Part shown: piece after piece, positions 49,216 through 61,400 of the stretch
Numbering within the stretch: the first letter of the stretch is position 1
Layout: each line of letters begins with the position of its first letter
NCBI GenBank assembly: GCA_051294905.1
Contig: CM119371.1
Span: 31,808,001-31,872,000 of the forward strand
DNA: 64,000 bases
Source: Botryllus schlosseri
Lineage: Eukaryota
Reading direction: 5' to 3'
Translations under genes and position numbers: made by a program
Notes under the pieces: generated by a model
What the model saw: only the letters and a program-made list of their open reading frames with translations
Told to the model about the DNA's origin: nothing
Databases searched by the model: none

Positions 49216-50468
49216 ATCTATATTATGATAATCCCAATATCGTGGAAGACTTGGATTGTTATTCTACTCAGCTCAAAGACGCCGTGAATTTGAGTCTACG
49301 AACAAATCTTTCGGGACACGAATATTACACGGTGGTGCCCTGCGATAACATGACAACTGTTTCAGGTATCTCTATTTCGAAACTTGTAGGCTATTTTACT
49401 GGATTCAAATCAAGAATTAAAGGCTACTATTACAAATCCAGGTGACTCGTTGCTAATTCCCATTGCGTGTGTTGGAGCGGCCTTGCTATTAATAGCGATC
49501 GGTCTCGTCATAATATGTTGGAAGCGATGCGGTCAAGGTAAACATGAAAAAGTCAGTCAGTCAAAAGTCATTGATGCTATTTAACTTCATTTCAGCGCGC
49601 CGAATTGCAGAAAACCCGCGCAATGATGGCGGTAAAGTTGAAATTAGCAATCAAACTCATGGAACATTAGATTACGATAATGTGGAGCCAAAATCATACG
49701 AACAAGTTATGAACCCACTTTCTGGAACAACATACAGTGAGCAAAGTGACACGGCAGTATATGAAGTATATTCAGTTGAGCATAACAGGACTGAGAAAGG
49801 TCTGTTCCCGAACTGCACTATGTAGAGCCGTAGCCATGTACCGAAATCCAACTGTGTCCCCTCTGTTCTTAACTCTGTCAATATTGCATCGTCATCTGTT
49901 TTACTAAGTCACAGATGATTAGTAACATAAAGTAATTGCTGAAATGAAATGAACGGTAAAAAAAGAATATCCCTAGTCCCTACAATATATCCAATTATCC
50001 ATCCTGGCTACCCATATGCCAATAACTAATAAGTCTCTGTTAACACTTACAGGTAAAAACAAGTCTCAAGAGCCGACTGGGGACGCTAAGGCTCTTTATT
50101 CTGTCGCTTACTAAAGAAAATGAAAAACAAATAAAAGGTAACATCACAATCCGTTGTAACCATAACGATCAATGGTTTATTGTGCCAAGATAAAAATAGT
50201 ATTTGGTTTTATTCCTAATAACGCAATATTGGCTGGAATTAGCCTACTTATATTGGAAAGATGGTAGCTATAGTTATGTTTTTTTGATTCTCAAGTATAT
50301 GTCATGCTGGAAACTAACCGGTGGAAGTGTTCAAAATTAAAAGGCTTGTAGTGCGGCAAGTTGTCTAACATTCGTGCCGAAGGAAAATTACCATCGTAAG
50401 ATTCGAAAATGAACTCTATCAAAAATACACAGTTGCTCCTCCATAACACAAAACTGTAAAAGTATTCA

Positions 50469-50590
50469 CTGGGCGACAGTGGCGGGACGATGTTTTGCTT
50501 TGAAGAATAGGCGTCTTGGGGCATCTCGTGCGAACAAGAGAGTGTGAAAATATATCGACTGTACCAGTGGCATATGGACATATCATGAGA
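50469..50590 (+). pseudogene. Old degenerate copy of the protease terminal exon
   Basis: GGCGACAGTGGCGGGACGATG...TCTTGGGG...CTCGTGCGAA...AGAGTGTGAAAATATATCGACTG resembles 20923-21090, with deletions and a stop. Confidence 0.65.
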
Positions 50591-50735
50591 GAAGCCGGAT
50601 CTCAAGTTAAATATCAAATTTCAGATTTTGTATGCACTTGCTTCAATTTCATTGACATACATTGTGCGTACAATTACCTATACACGAACTATTGAATACA
50701 CATATTGTCCATTTTCCGTGTTTGGATGTGTTACC

Positions 50736-51176
50736 TAGGGTTACCATATGTCCTCCTTTTCGAGGATTTGTCGTCCTTCTTCAAGAAATTGAAAATGTCC
50801 TCCGAAGACGCCTAAATGTCCTCCTTTGGGCAATTCGTCCTTATTTACAGATTTTACAGCTATGCTAATGGACAGTGTCAATTGAAAATCGGCCTAAATG
50901 ACGCGACATATAGGTGATGCGGACGTTCGAGCGAGTCATTCGAGAGTCGAATCAGATTGACGACCTTTTTTCTTTTAGTCAACACAAGAGCAGTATCGTG
51001 AAAAGTAAGTGGGGAATTCGGGAGTCGAGTCGATATGGTGACGTTTTTGTCTTTAGTCAAATCAGTACTATTGGTCGAAAAATTTTCGACATCACCAGTT
51101 TTCATTTCCAGTACTAGAGCTTACTGAATATTTGAAAGGAGTCCTGTTTATCAGATCTCAAAATATGGTAACCCTA
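50736..51176. mobile_element. Short hAT MITE
   Basis: TAGGGTTACCATAT TIR; perfect TSD GTGTTACC. Confidence 0.9.
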
Positions 51177-52969
51177 GTGTTACCAAGGTAAAGAACCACC
51201 TATAATATACCTGCGCTGCTATTTTACATCAGACCTATAACCTTGTTTTATGGTGCCTGGTCTGCACAGGCACAGCTCGAACGTTTTATTTAGTAATACG
51301 ATTCTGAGGGTATCAGAAATCGGTATTTCCCGGTAAAGGCCTGAAGTTTCGACGGATATGAGAATCCGTCAATGGCGCTTCCAGAAAGAGCGTCAGTGAT
51401 GAAAATCAGCGGAGTTAACCTTGTGATGACTAGATAACTATGCAGGCTCCACGAGTTCAATTCTCACCGGTAGCCGAAGCGTGGAAGATTTATCTGGTCT
51501 CCTTATCCTTTATGTCGCTTGTTATTATGGCGAAAACACAAAAAGTCCTGAAAAAGACCCGATGAAGAAGCTACTCAGAGAAGCGAATGTATGTACAGTA
51601 CAAGACTCTCTATTATAACACTCTAAAGAGAACGTCTGCAAAATAAAGATTAGCATCGAATAATTGACATGGGGCACTAGGCCGAAGCGGGTGCCCGATT
51701 AAGAAACCGTAACTGGCCGTTTCGGCATCCAGCTGTCCTATCTATTCATTGCATCGCATTGTGTCTTGTGGATCGTGTTAGGCTACATTGTGTTTGTCTT
51801 GATCGGATGGAAATGTATAATCTGAATATTATTTCGATTATTACATGGTGTTATACGGATTATTATTGTACCCAGGCCTTCCGCTTTATAGAAACGAGGG
51901 GTTCCGCGAGCCAGTCTCAGCGGTGTCATGGAGGTTAAGAAAGACACACTCAACTCAAACGTATGATTTGTATGGATAAGCCCATCTTGGTCATCATTGG
52001 TCGAGGCAATTAGGCTCCATCCGTAGTCACATTATGGCAGTTGTGGTATAGCACCTGTCCTGCGCAGTGGCTTACGCAAGGGAGGTTGCAGTCTGGAATC
52101 GAAACCCTGACATTCTGAAATGCTGGTTCTATCCTGTCCCCAATATTTATAAGCTCATTTGTAATTAAGCAATATGTTTCAGCCTACGTTGCTGCGTTCC
52201 GAGCGATACGATGACACTTTCCAAGGTGAAGCCTCGCACTTCTGAATTGGTATCTGAATGGATACAGCAGAAGTCTCACTGATCTTCAATAAATATCCCT
52301 TATAATGATTTTGTTTTGCGTGGAAATTATATGGTAATGATATCGCTATTTTGGTACTCTGTTGATGCATAGTTCATTTTGTGGACCAGTAGACTGATCT
52401 ATAGAAATGTATTAGATACCTACATTTAGTTGTGTATTGTGGTCGATTTTTGCTTTTAGGAATTTGGGAGGTCGCGAAGGCTTACGGATTAGCGTAGGTG
52501 TTTCGCTGGTTAGTAAAGGTTAAGAACCACTACCCTCTGATTACTCAAGAGGATATGTTTTTAGACTACTTCCCCTTTTACATGAAGTGTTTTAGGCACG
52601 AGTAATTGCTTTGTTTGCTTCACTTTTATACATGAACTCGTCATAAGAACCGTGCAACATAGCCCCTGTATCGCGGTAACTGAAAATATTCCCAAAGATT
52701 CTACCCACGTGTAATTACACATTTTCCGTTACTAATTTCGATACATCCTGAAATTTCGAAAGTAATCACCTCCAATTAATTGCTAAGCGTAGGCATTTCG
52801 AACCCTCGAATAAATCTACTATATTTAAAGTGTAAACTATACTTACTTGAGTAGCCTACTTAACATTCTTCCTCATGCTTTCTTCTACTTGAATCGGTTT
52901 AAAGGGGCTTTGAAAATTGCTTCTTATGCTCCTAATTGGTTATAAATGTACGGCGTTCTATGTCTATAT

Positions 52970-53571
52970 CAGGAGTCACCAACAGGTGGCCCGCGACCTG
53001 ATTTGAGATTTCGAAAGAACGCTTAGTAAAGCATTTTGAATTGCTGAAATTGCTTTCAGTTTCAAAATATCTTTGTTGCTGTTGTTTCAAAATAAGCTAA
53101 TTTCCTGTGCCAAGTATCGCTATTACTCACTACCTGGCACTGCTTGGGCGATAGTAATAGCATTCCATGGAGGTAGAATTGGCGTAAACGCGTAGAAAAT
53201 GACTTACGGCTATCCCACATGATAAAGTTTTACGAGGAGGTAGTTTTCCAGCAAGTACAGTGTCTAGTCAACTCCAATAACGAATCTTTAGACGGTGAAA
53301 AAAGTTGTCTGGAACCGTGCTCATAGCTCATAGTTCAAAATAAAATGAAAGTGATGATAATGATATGTTACTGGTTGTATTTGTATTTCTTCTGGTAATT
53401 ATATGACCGTCGCCCATGGTAGAGAGTATAGCGTTGTACTGACGTGGAGTTTTAAAAACATTGGTGTTAAACTGTGTGGCCTATTTTATCTTGATATTGA
53501 ATTCATGCGGCCGGCGGCCTCTACGAAACTTGAAAAGTGGCCCGCGACACGTTTTGAGTTGGCGACCCCTG
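52970..53571. mobile_element. hAT MITE next to the left edge of the duplicated block
   Basis: caggagtcaccaac/gttggcgacccctg; TSD gtctatat/gtctgtgt. Confidence 0.7.
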
Positions 53572-53574
53572 GTC

Positions 53575-53719
53575 TGTGTCTTGTTTTAACGGGCAAGCAT
53601 GGACCGTGCAAGGCGTGACATCTTCAGTAAGCTCGTGCGAAAACACAAAGGGTAGTTACGGAGCTTACGCAAGAGTGAGCAAATATATTGGTCGGATCAA
53701 TGCGCATATCGACTCATAA
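53575..53719 (+). pseudogene. Duplicate of the protease terminal exon, lacking GDSGGP
   Basis: [45 protein letters not shown]; followed by a copy of the plasminogen 3' flank. Confidence 0.85.
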
Positions 53720-54659
53720 TGAGAGCAACAGGAACTTGGGCTACTGAACCAGTTTGTATAGCCTCATTTCGCCTTCACCCACCCTTCGATTTTAATGAAA
53801 TATATTGTATTATTTACTATTGCTATTATTATCGAATACACAGTTTGAGCTTCGGTCCAACATGATATTCATTTTATGTTGCTGTCATGAATGCGTCACA
53901 GGTACAACACCATTTTAAATGCGTGGGTATAAGCTGTCATGCATGCCTCGCTTCAATATAATACCTGATTTACTTCGAGGATAAGCCTTCATGTATCCGC
54001 GATTGCAGGAAGACCATCGCATCGTAGTTTATTATTGCTTAGTGATCTCTAGTTTACTATAACAAGCTTATTATCAAGCGTTGCTTGGTATTGAATCACG
54101 ACGCAGAACAGATCGAAGAGTCTTTGCCTATATTATCAAGCTGGATGCTCGTTTTCTGAATTGTTTTAAGGTGACAGTGGCGGGGAAATCCTAGCGTGTA
54201 TTTCTAACTCTAAATTTCAAATGTCGACTAACTCAAGACAGAGATATACTTCTGCGCATTCTTCGGTCATTCTATTATACGCGGGGCAAGTTTGTGAGTG
54301 AGCTTTTGAAGAGATGGTTTTCATCCTAACAAACTGTTTGGGATATAAATTGCTAATCACGTAGAGGAGGTACCTATATCGATATTGTCGGAATCGGAAA
54401 ACATAAGATGACACCGCACGTGCGCTTTGATCCTCGCATATAAATTTTATTCATTCATCACAATTTTGCTGGACGGAAAGACGTAGCCAGAAAAAAAAAT
54501 TGGGAAAGAAACTTTGAAAATGCAGGGAGGGGAGAAGTTGTAAATTGATCACGCTAAAATATCCAAGTGAGGTATTGTGTGACCAAAGACATTTTTCACT
54601 CGCCTGGCTACACGCCCGTCGCCCGTGCTAGTCGCAGTAGTATTATATGTATAGGATAT

Positions 54660-54792
54660 TCTTTTCCATTAGGGACTAGTTGGTGCCGATTACCCCTGAC
54701 GAATGTCACACGAAAATAGTTGGGTTTACTTAAATATTATTATATATTATTCAATTGTATATTGAAGTTCTGCGCCTGTAAGAAACCCTTCG
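54660..54792 (+). mobile_element. Degenerate Penelope pLTR fragment
   Basis: gattacccctgacgaatgtcacacgaaaatagttgggt...ttgaagttctg. Confidence 0.65.
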
Positions 54793-55307
54793 TATATATT
54801 TTAGCTTCGAAATCATAGCTGAGAGCCTTATTCAGGTAATTAATGACTTTCCTCTTATCACTGACATATAAATGTATATATATAGTCGACTCCGCTTAAT
54901 TCACACAGTTTTCTTCTCTCACTTTTTGCAAAATAAAGCGGAGAAACCGCTTTGTTATTTTAAATCTATGCAGCTGTTCTAAAAATTTCTTCGCCGTAGC
55001 GCGATTTAATGTTGCTAGCTCTCTTGCTTTTCGGTTACCTTCCCACCAAGGAAACATATGCAAGATTTATAGAAATAGGCATTTCAGCGTCGGCCATTAC
55101 CGCGCCACGCCACGAAACGTCAAGACATATGAAGTTTAGGCCAACATGGGACTCCGAGAAGTGTGCCTACAAGATCGGCAGCAAGAAAACTTTCCAACAA
55201 AAGGACTGCCCTTATGCTGACCGAAAACTAATTGGGCGCATAAATGGCTGGCCATTGGCCAATCTTGATTTCCTGACAATCTGAAGCCCACAGAACAAAG
55301 TCTAGTA

Positions 55308-56428
55308 CACGGTTGCCATACGCCCGGAATTTCTCGTACATGTCCGGAATGTGACTGTTCAAGCTAGCGTCCGGGAGGAATTTCTGAAATATGCCAAATG
55401 TCCGGAATTTTGAAGACTTGACGTAGGCTCATAATTTTTTCGTAAATCATCATAAAAACATTACTTTTGGGACTATTTATGCAGATGCATGATATTTTTC
55501 TTCGCGCTGCGCGCGATTTACTATCACATTTGACTTGATTTTAATATCGGGATTACCACCCTCGCAAAAACTGCAATAAAATATAAATAAAAACAACCTT
55601 CATTTACTGGAATAAGCCTAATTGTAATCGCAATTATAGGAGAACGGCATGTTCCTAGCGACCGTTAAGACCGTTTAAATGCTTTATTCAAAGATAGTTG
55701 TTCCAAACGGTGGGGTCGTTTGCCTTTGTTCTGGGATTTGCCAATTACTTGAACGTAATCAGCTTCCGAAATAGACCATGAGTAAGTCTGAGCAAATGTG
55801 CTTACTTCCTTTAGTAATCAACTCGTCAAATTTTGATCTGAGTCAGGGAAGATTTTCAAATTGGAGATGGAATTGCTACCATTAAAGGTTGGAAACCACT
55901 GGATCTGGGGTGTTTATAAAGCTCCGTGCTGCGCACCGGCATAAGGCCGATAAACAATTTTATCGGTAGGACTTGAACATGACTTAACGATGTACTATTA
56001 CGCTCCCTGTATTTTCGAACTCATCATCTTCCACTAGCTCTACCGCCAACTCTGATCATGTGGACGGAGAGTAGTATCTATAGAGTAATGTATGGAAATA
56101 CCAATATCATTGACAAAATTCATTCAAAAAATATAATGACCAGATGCATATAGCAACCAGATTCATATAGCAAGCACCCCACCAGAAGCTGCATCGATTA
56201 CCCCATCGAGTGGACTCAAAATCCTTGTTTATTTGGGCGGGAAGGGGCTGAAATCATGTGCTTTCGGTCCCGGTTACACGACACACAACCACATACTCCT
56301 GAACCAGATCGTGACCACCTCTGGTGCATGAGCAATGATTTGCTAGTGTGACGTCATAACTTATTTGAAATCCACTAGTGGGCGCTGAAGAGTATCCGGA
56401 ATTTGGGCGCAGAAATATAGTAACCCTA
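55308..56428. mobile_element. hAT MITE, inverted relative of 4509-5582
   Basis: Perfect TSD GTCTAGTA. Confidence 0.88.
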
Positions 56429-56714
56429 GTCTAGTACGTTTGAGCAATTTCAATATCTTTTGACTACAGCAGACAGGAAGAGATCACGAAATAACAACAT
56501 GTAACGAAGTGATTATACCAACAGAACAGCCCACCCGGAAATGTTTAATTAATTATGTGACCTAACTTTTTCGAAATAGCACCTCACTCAGCTCTACCGG
56601 TAAATTTGATTACGTGGGCTGAGAGAGACTAAAAAATTGAATCCCAATATATATGCAATAAGAAATATTAATGACATATTCAATCATGAATTAAGGAATA
56701 TATTGCTACTACCG

Positions 56715-57811
56715 TAGGGTTGCCATACGTCCGGAATTTCCCGGACATGTCCGGAATTTCACTTAAAAATCTGCGTCCGGGAGGAATTTCTAAAACATGC
56801 CTAAATGTTCGGAATTTTGAAGGCTTCAAGCAGGGTCAATTTTTTTCGTAAATCAACATAAACAGTATTATTTTCAAGCAGATTTACGCTATTCAAAATT
56901 TTTCTTCGCGCTGCGCGCGAGTCAATGCGTCGTATGATGATATTGGTATGGGCACCTAGCACTACTCTCGCCGAAAATGCAATCAAAATAAATATAAATA
57001 TTATATTATAAGATATAACGGTATATTCCTAGAGTTGGTTAAGGTCGATTGGATGCTTCTGTCACAGACGGGGGTTCCAAATCTTGGGTTCGTTCGCCTT
57101 TATCTGGGGATCGCGATGATGTTGGACGTAATCGGCTTCCTAATCCGTTAGATAAGTTTGGGAAAGCTGAATTTTTTTAGTAACCCGCTTATCAAGTCTT
57201 GAGCTTTGCCACGTAACATTTTCAAATGGGGAATGAAGTCGCGACCATAAAAGGCTGGAAATCACCGGATGTGCAACCTGTTGGTGCATTTTACAATGGC
57301 CTAATACATGGAAGAATCAATGCTATTGAGAGAATTCATACATAAAATTTAACAGCCAAATAGATATAGTAAGTGCCCAACAAGTAACATCGACTACCCT
57401 ATGGTGGCCTCAAGATCAGTGCTTTTTTGGACGAAAGGGGAAGGGGAGAAAAAAATTTCTTTCGGACCTGATTAAAACACTTAAACACATAACCGCACCA
57501 ACCGCAGGGCTCTCAAACACAATCCTGACAGGCCAGACACGGCCCGCCAAATGATATCATCCAGCCCGTACGTAGAGGAATCTATTGTAGACCCTAGCAA
57601 GTAGCAATCACCAGATCTCACATTACAGATGGCCCAATTCATGACCTATGTTCCACTCCATTCCTGTATAGAGTATAGTGTATACAGTCGATGGGCAATG
57701 TTTGTTATTGTGACGTCATATTGACAGTCAATGTGGTACACCTCATTTTAAAATCCGCTAGGGGCGCTAAAGAGTGTCCGGAATTTGCTTCACAAAAATA
57801 TGGTAACCCTA
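56715..57811. mobile_element. hAT MITE, TAGGGTTGCC family
   Basis: TIRs; TSD tactaccg/tactagcg. Confidence 0.88.
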
Positions 57812-58422
57812 TACTAGCGTGATTAGGCTAGAATAAGCAAAGTCGCCAGCTAACTGAGTAAAATAAATGTCGCTCACAAGTAATGGTGAAAACAATCAAT
57901 AAAATAGAGAGTCTGGGAACGAAGATACAGATGATTTTAAGTGCAATTTTTTGCTTTTGTGACGTTCACTAGCATTTTGGCCGGAGGCATGGATTATTCG
58001 GTATCCAAATTAGGCGTATTCGACTGTATATAAAATGCTATACAAGCACTTTGCAAGTAACTCGTCGCTTTTACTGTGGTTGTACACGTCATATGCAAGG
58101 TTCTTCAGTTAGGAAAAGCATGCGAAACAGAAATTCTGCCAAATTTGCTGGTATATCATGCTTTCGCAATATAGGGACCCGGAAACAGTACCTGAAATCT
58201 ATCATCAGCACACTGAAAAAAGTTTCTGCCTATCACGAAGTCATTGAGACGTCGAATACGATTAAGAAATTGTGCTTCTCCTGCTGTTACTTAAAAACTG
58301 CTCTTGATTGATTCGTTGAACGTTTGAGACTATGATTCTATATATACAGAATGATTATAGTTTTTACTTATCTAGTTTAATAACAATCTACTTTTGTTGG
58401 TCGAATTACGATTCTCGTTGAT

Positions 58423-61400
58423 ATGACTCGGCAGAATATCCAAACGATGTTCAGTCAGCGGTCACTGATTATTATTTTTCTGATTTTGATGCAAGTCCAA
58501 CGCCAGGAAGGACATTTCACGCACCGTCTGCAGTGTAAATCATTTGGTAAGATATATGATATCAATTTCGCAATCAGCATACTGCAGTCTAGTAGAGGCA
58601 AAAATCGAACACTTGTGTAATTTAAATATTTGATCAAAATAATAATTGTAATAACTTTTAGCCAGCATTCTGAAATCGAGTAAAATTTAGATTTACCTTC
58701 TGACAAACCTTGACCACTCATGGTGAGGACTTGAATATTCAGAATTGGTCGCTTTTTAGGAGTTATCAGCCTAGCAGGATAGTTGCATTAAACTCCACAA
58801 TAACTTCGTTTCATAATTTTTCAGGACGCGTGACACAAGCTGTTCGCACAAATTTTTCTGTCACTCTAATTAGTGATTGTAAGGAGCGAGACGACAGCTA
58901 TGGTTGCGAGATAAAATACAGCATCCACACGGGAGTTATAGGAGACGCATTGCAAATTACGACATCCCTTGACAGTCCAAGAACGGATATTACAAGGCAT
59001 GCAGGACTGATAATCAGATATGAGTGGACGATTATCAAAGATGATGGTCAAAGATCGGTTATGTTCAATCTAACCATTTCTTCATCTGATGAACCTGTCA
59101 CCGTTCATTTGAAGACTAACTACCAACTAAATTGTATCGAAATGCAAGACTTGGGATCAATAAATTTTAAAGGTCAGAAATTTTCACTGTATTCTAAGAA
59201 AAACATGTTTTTATTGGTCATATATTAACTTTGTGCAGGTGAGCTTTGGTAGACCTACACATACCCTATGCATGTTGCGCTATGTAGATTTATTTCCGCA
59301 CTCTTAACACTTTTTTGTTGTTGTTATGTCCCATATTCCAGGTGTTTCGACATAGATCATTTTTGACAAGGATGATATTCTACTTATGTTTCCCGAGCTG
59401 TCACACTATACGAGAGTAGCCTACGGCCCATTTTCGTTGTAGGCACGCGCTTAGGCTAATGGGCCCCATACCGTGACTAATAGTCCGATACGTTTTCTCC
59501 TGAAATCTCATTAGGATTCAGGTATTGAGTGCTTATATATTGTTTGAGTGGATTGTTTAGAACATTGGGTTAGATCAGAGGTCTCAAACACGCGGCCCGC
59601 GAGAGCATTTTGTGCGGCCCGCGACGGCATTTGGGAATTTCAAGTATTCTTCAATATATTCCAGTGCCACATATCTTTTTTAGATATAAGAACTTGAAGT
59701 TCAACCTAAAACTGCTATAAAAAAATAAAATCTCAACAAACTACACTATCACGTCATCACTTTAAAAAGCTACAATGCGGTAGAAGATCAGCTATTACGT
59801 AACATTTCTAGTTCATGGTGATAAAACATGACCCGTTGATGATTCGTGACTGAAAATATTGTGATTTGGTTTTGTGCGATCTTTCGTAAAATTACTCGAT
59901 TTCGGATTAGCTTGGTGATTAAATAAAAATGACTCGAGTTGAGTCGAGTCAAAGGTTAAATCGGATAAGGACTTGCGATGAGGAACGGTGACTTGGCAAT
60001 CCTACGGACGTAACAATCTATGAAACTGTCATGAGGAATAGCAATATATCAAAAGGTGGTAGCTTGCGTTGCGTAGGGTATATATATAGCTATCTAATCA
60101 GGTCAGTATGGTATCCATTGGCATTATGTGACCCCCGTGACGTATAGTTGGTTACATGCTAGGTGTTGTCTGCTCTCTTTATCCATGTTATTATCGGTGG
60201 CGAGTAAAGTAGTAGTACGCTCCGCAGCTGTAACACCAATGAATTCATCGGCGATTGGACATTTCTATTCTTAACCAGGGTCCGTAGACCACTTCGGGGT
60301 ACGGAGCACCACATCACGGGGTACGAGATGCATTGTGGAATTAGGCCTATATGCTGGGGAATATTTTCTTGACCAATTTACTCAACTGGAAAATGGTCTT
60401 CGTGCTGCGCGCGATATCACGTGTAGTGGCTTTCTAATATTAATATAGGTACAATCAGAAATCGTGTTGAAAATGAACAGGAGCTACGAGAAATCTTATT
60501 GGAGGCACGAGGGGTACAATCGCTAAGGTTATAAAACAATGCTATTACTATGGCTCAATAATGATTATATTCATATTGTTATTGATATGTTCCAATAATA
60601 ATCGAAGGCAAAATCTGACGCTGATTTAATTTGACTTTGGCAGTGACATAGTAACAATAGCCTACTTATCACGACTATATCAAAACCCGGATTAGGCTAC
60701 ACCACTCAAATGCTCTGGTATCAGATCAATATTCAGTAGATTTTAAAATATTGTACATAAAATTGTGGCACGTCAAAGGTCCACTAGCTGCAATATTATA
60801 ACCCGACAGTTTGACGATGTCATGATCAACGCTCCCTGTAATTTTTGACACAACTGCCCAGACTCACCAACTCACTGTGCAGACTGAAAAAAAGGTCATC
60901 ACTTAGGATTTTTTGTGCGCAACTTAGATTTCCTGTGCGCAGAGACCTTGTCAGCACTGCGCATTTGCGCACGCGCGCAGCTTAGAGGGAAAATTGGTCA
61001 CAATGCATCCTCTCGCATGATGTCTATTACTCATTATTTTAACAAATAATACAACCCGGCATAAAATCAATTTTATTCAAATATTTGAAAATATGTTTTT
61101 TTCCATGTCGAGCGTGAATAGTACAATAGTAAATGACATATTTATGATGTTTCTGGAATGGCTGTCTTCAAGCTCCCGTCAAATAAGGCCTACTTGGAAA
61201 TTCTGCGTTGAATATCCCTATTATTGGTGTTGCGGCCCGCAGCGTCATCAAAACTAGGAAATTGGTCCGCGAGTCCGTTTGAGTTTGAGACCTCTGGGTT
61301 AGATTGTGACTCCAACAGTGTAACAATTCAGAGGTGGTTAAATAGGGACTCAGCGTTGGTATAGCCTGTTCGAGAAGAAGTAGACTCACCCCGTATATTA

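Larger units (their letters stand above)
42100..49825 (+). pseudogene. Type I membrane receptor, copy A (signal peptide, N-terminal domain, Sushi/CCP, Ig-like, TM, Tyr-motif tail). Exons about 42100-42223, 42352-43114, 45825-46030, 47217-47387, 47554-47689, 47751-47861, 48989-49365, 49442-49537, 49596-49825
   Basis: Canonical splice sites, conserved in copy B for the first four exons. TM LLIPIACVGAALLLIAIGLVIICW-KR. Disrupted by two exonic MITEs and by frameshifts relative to copy B. Confidence 0.7.
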
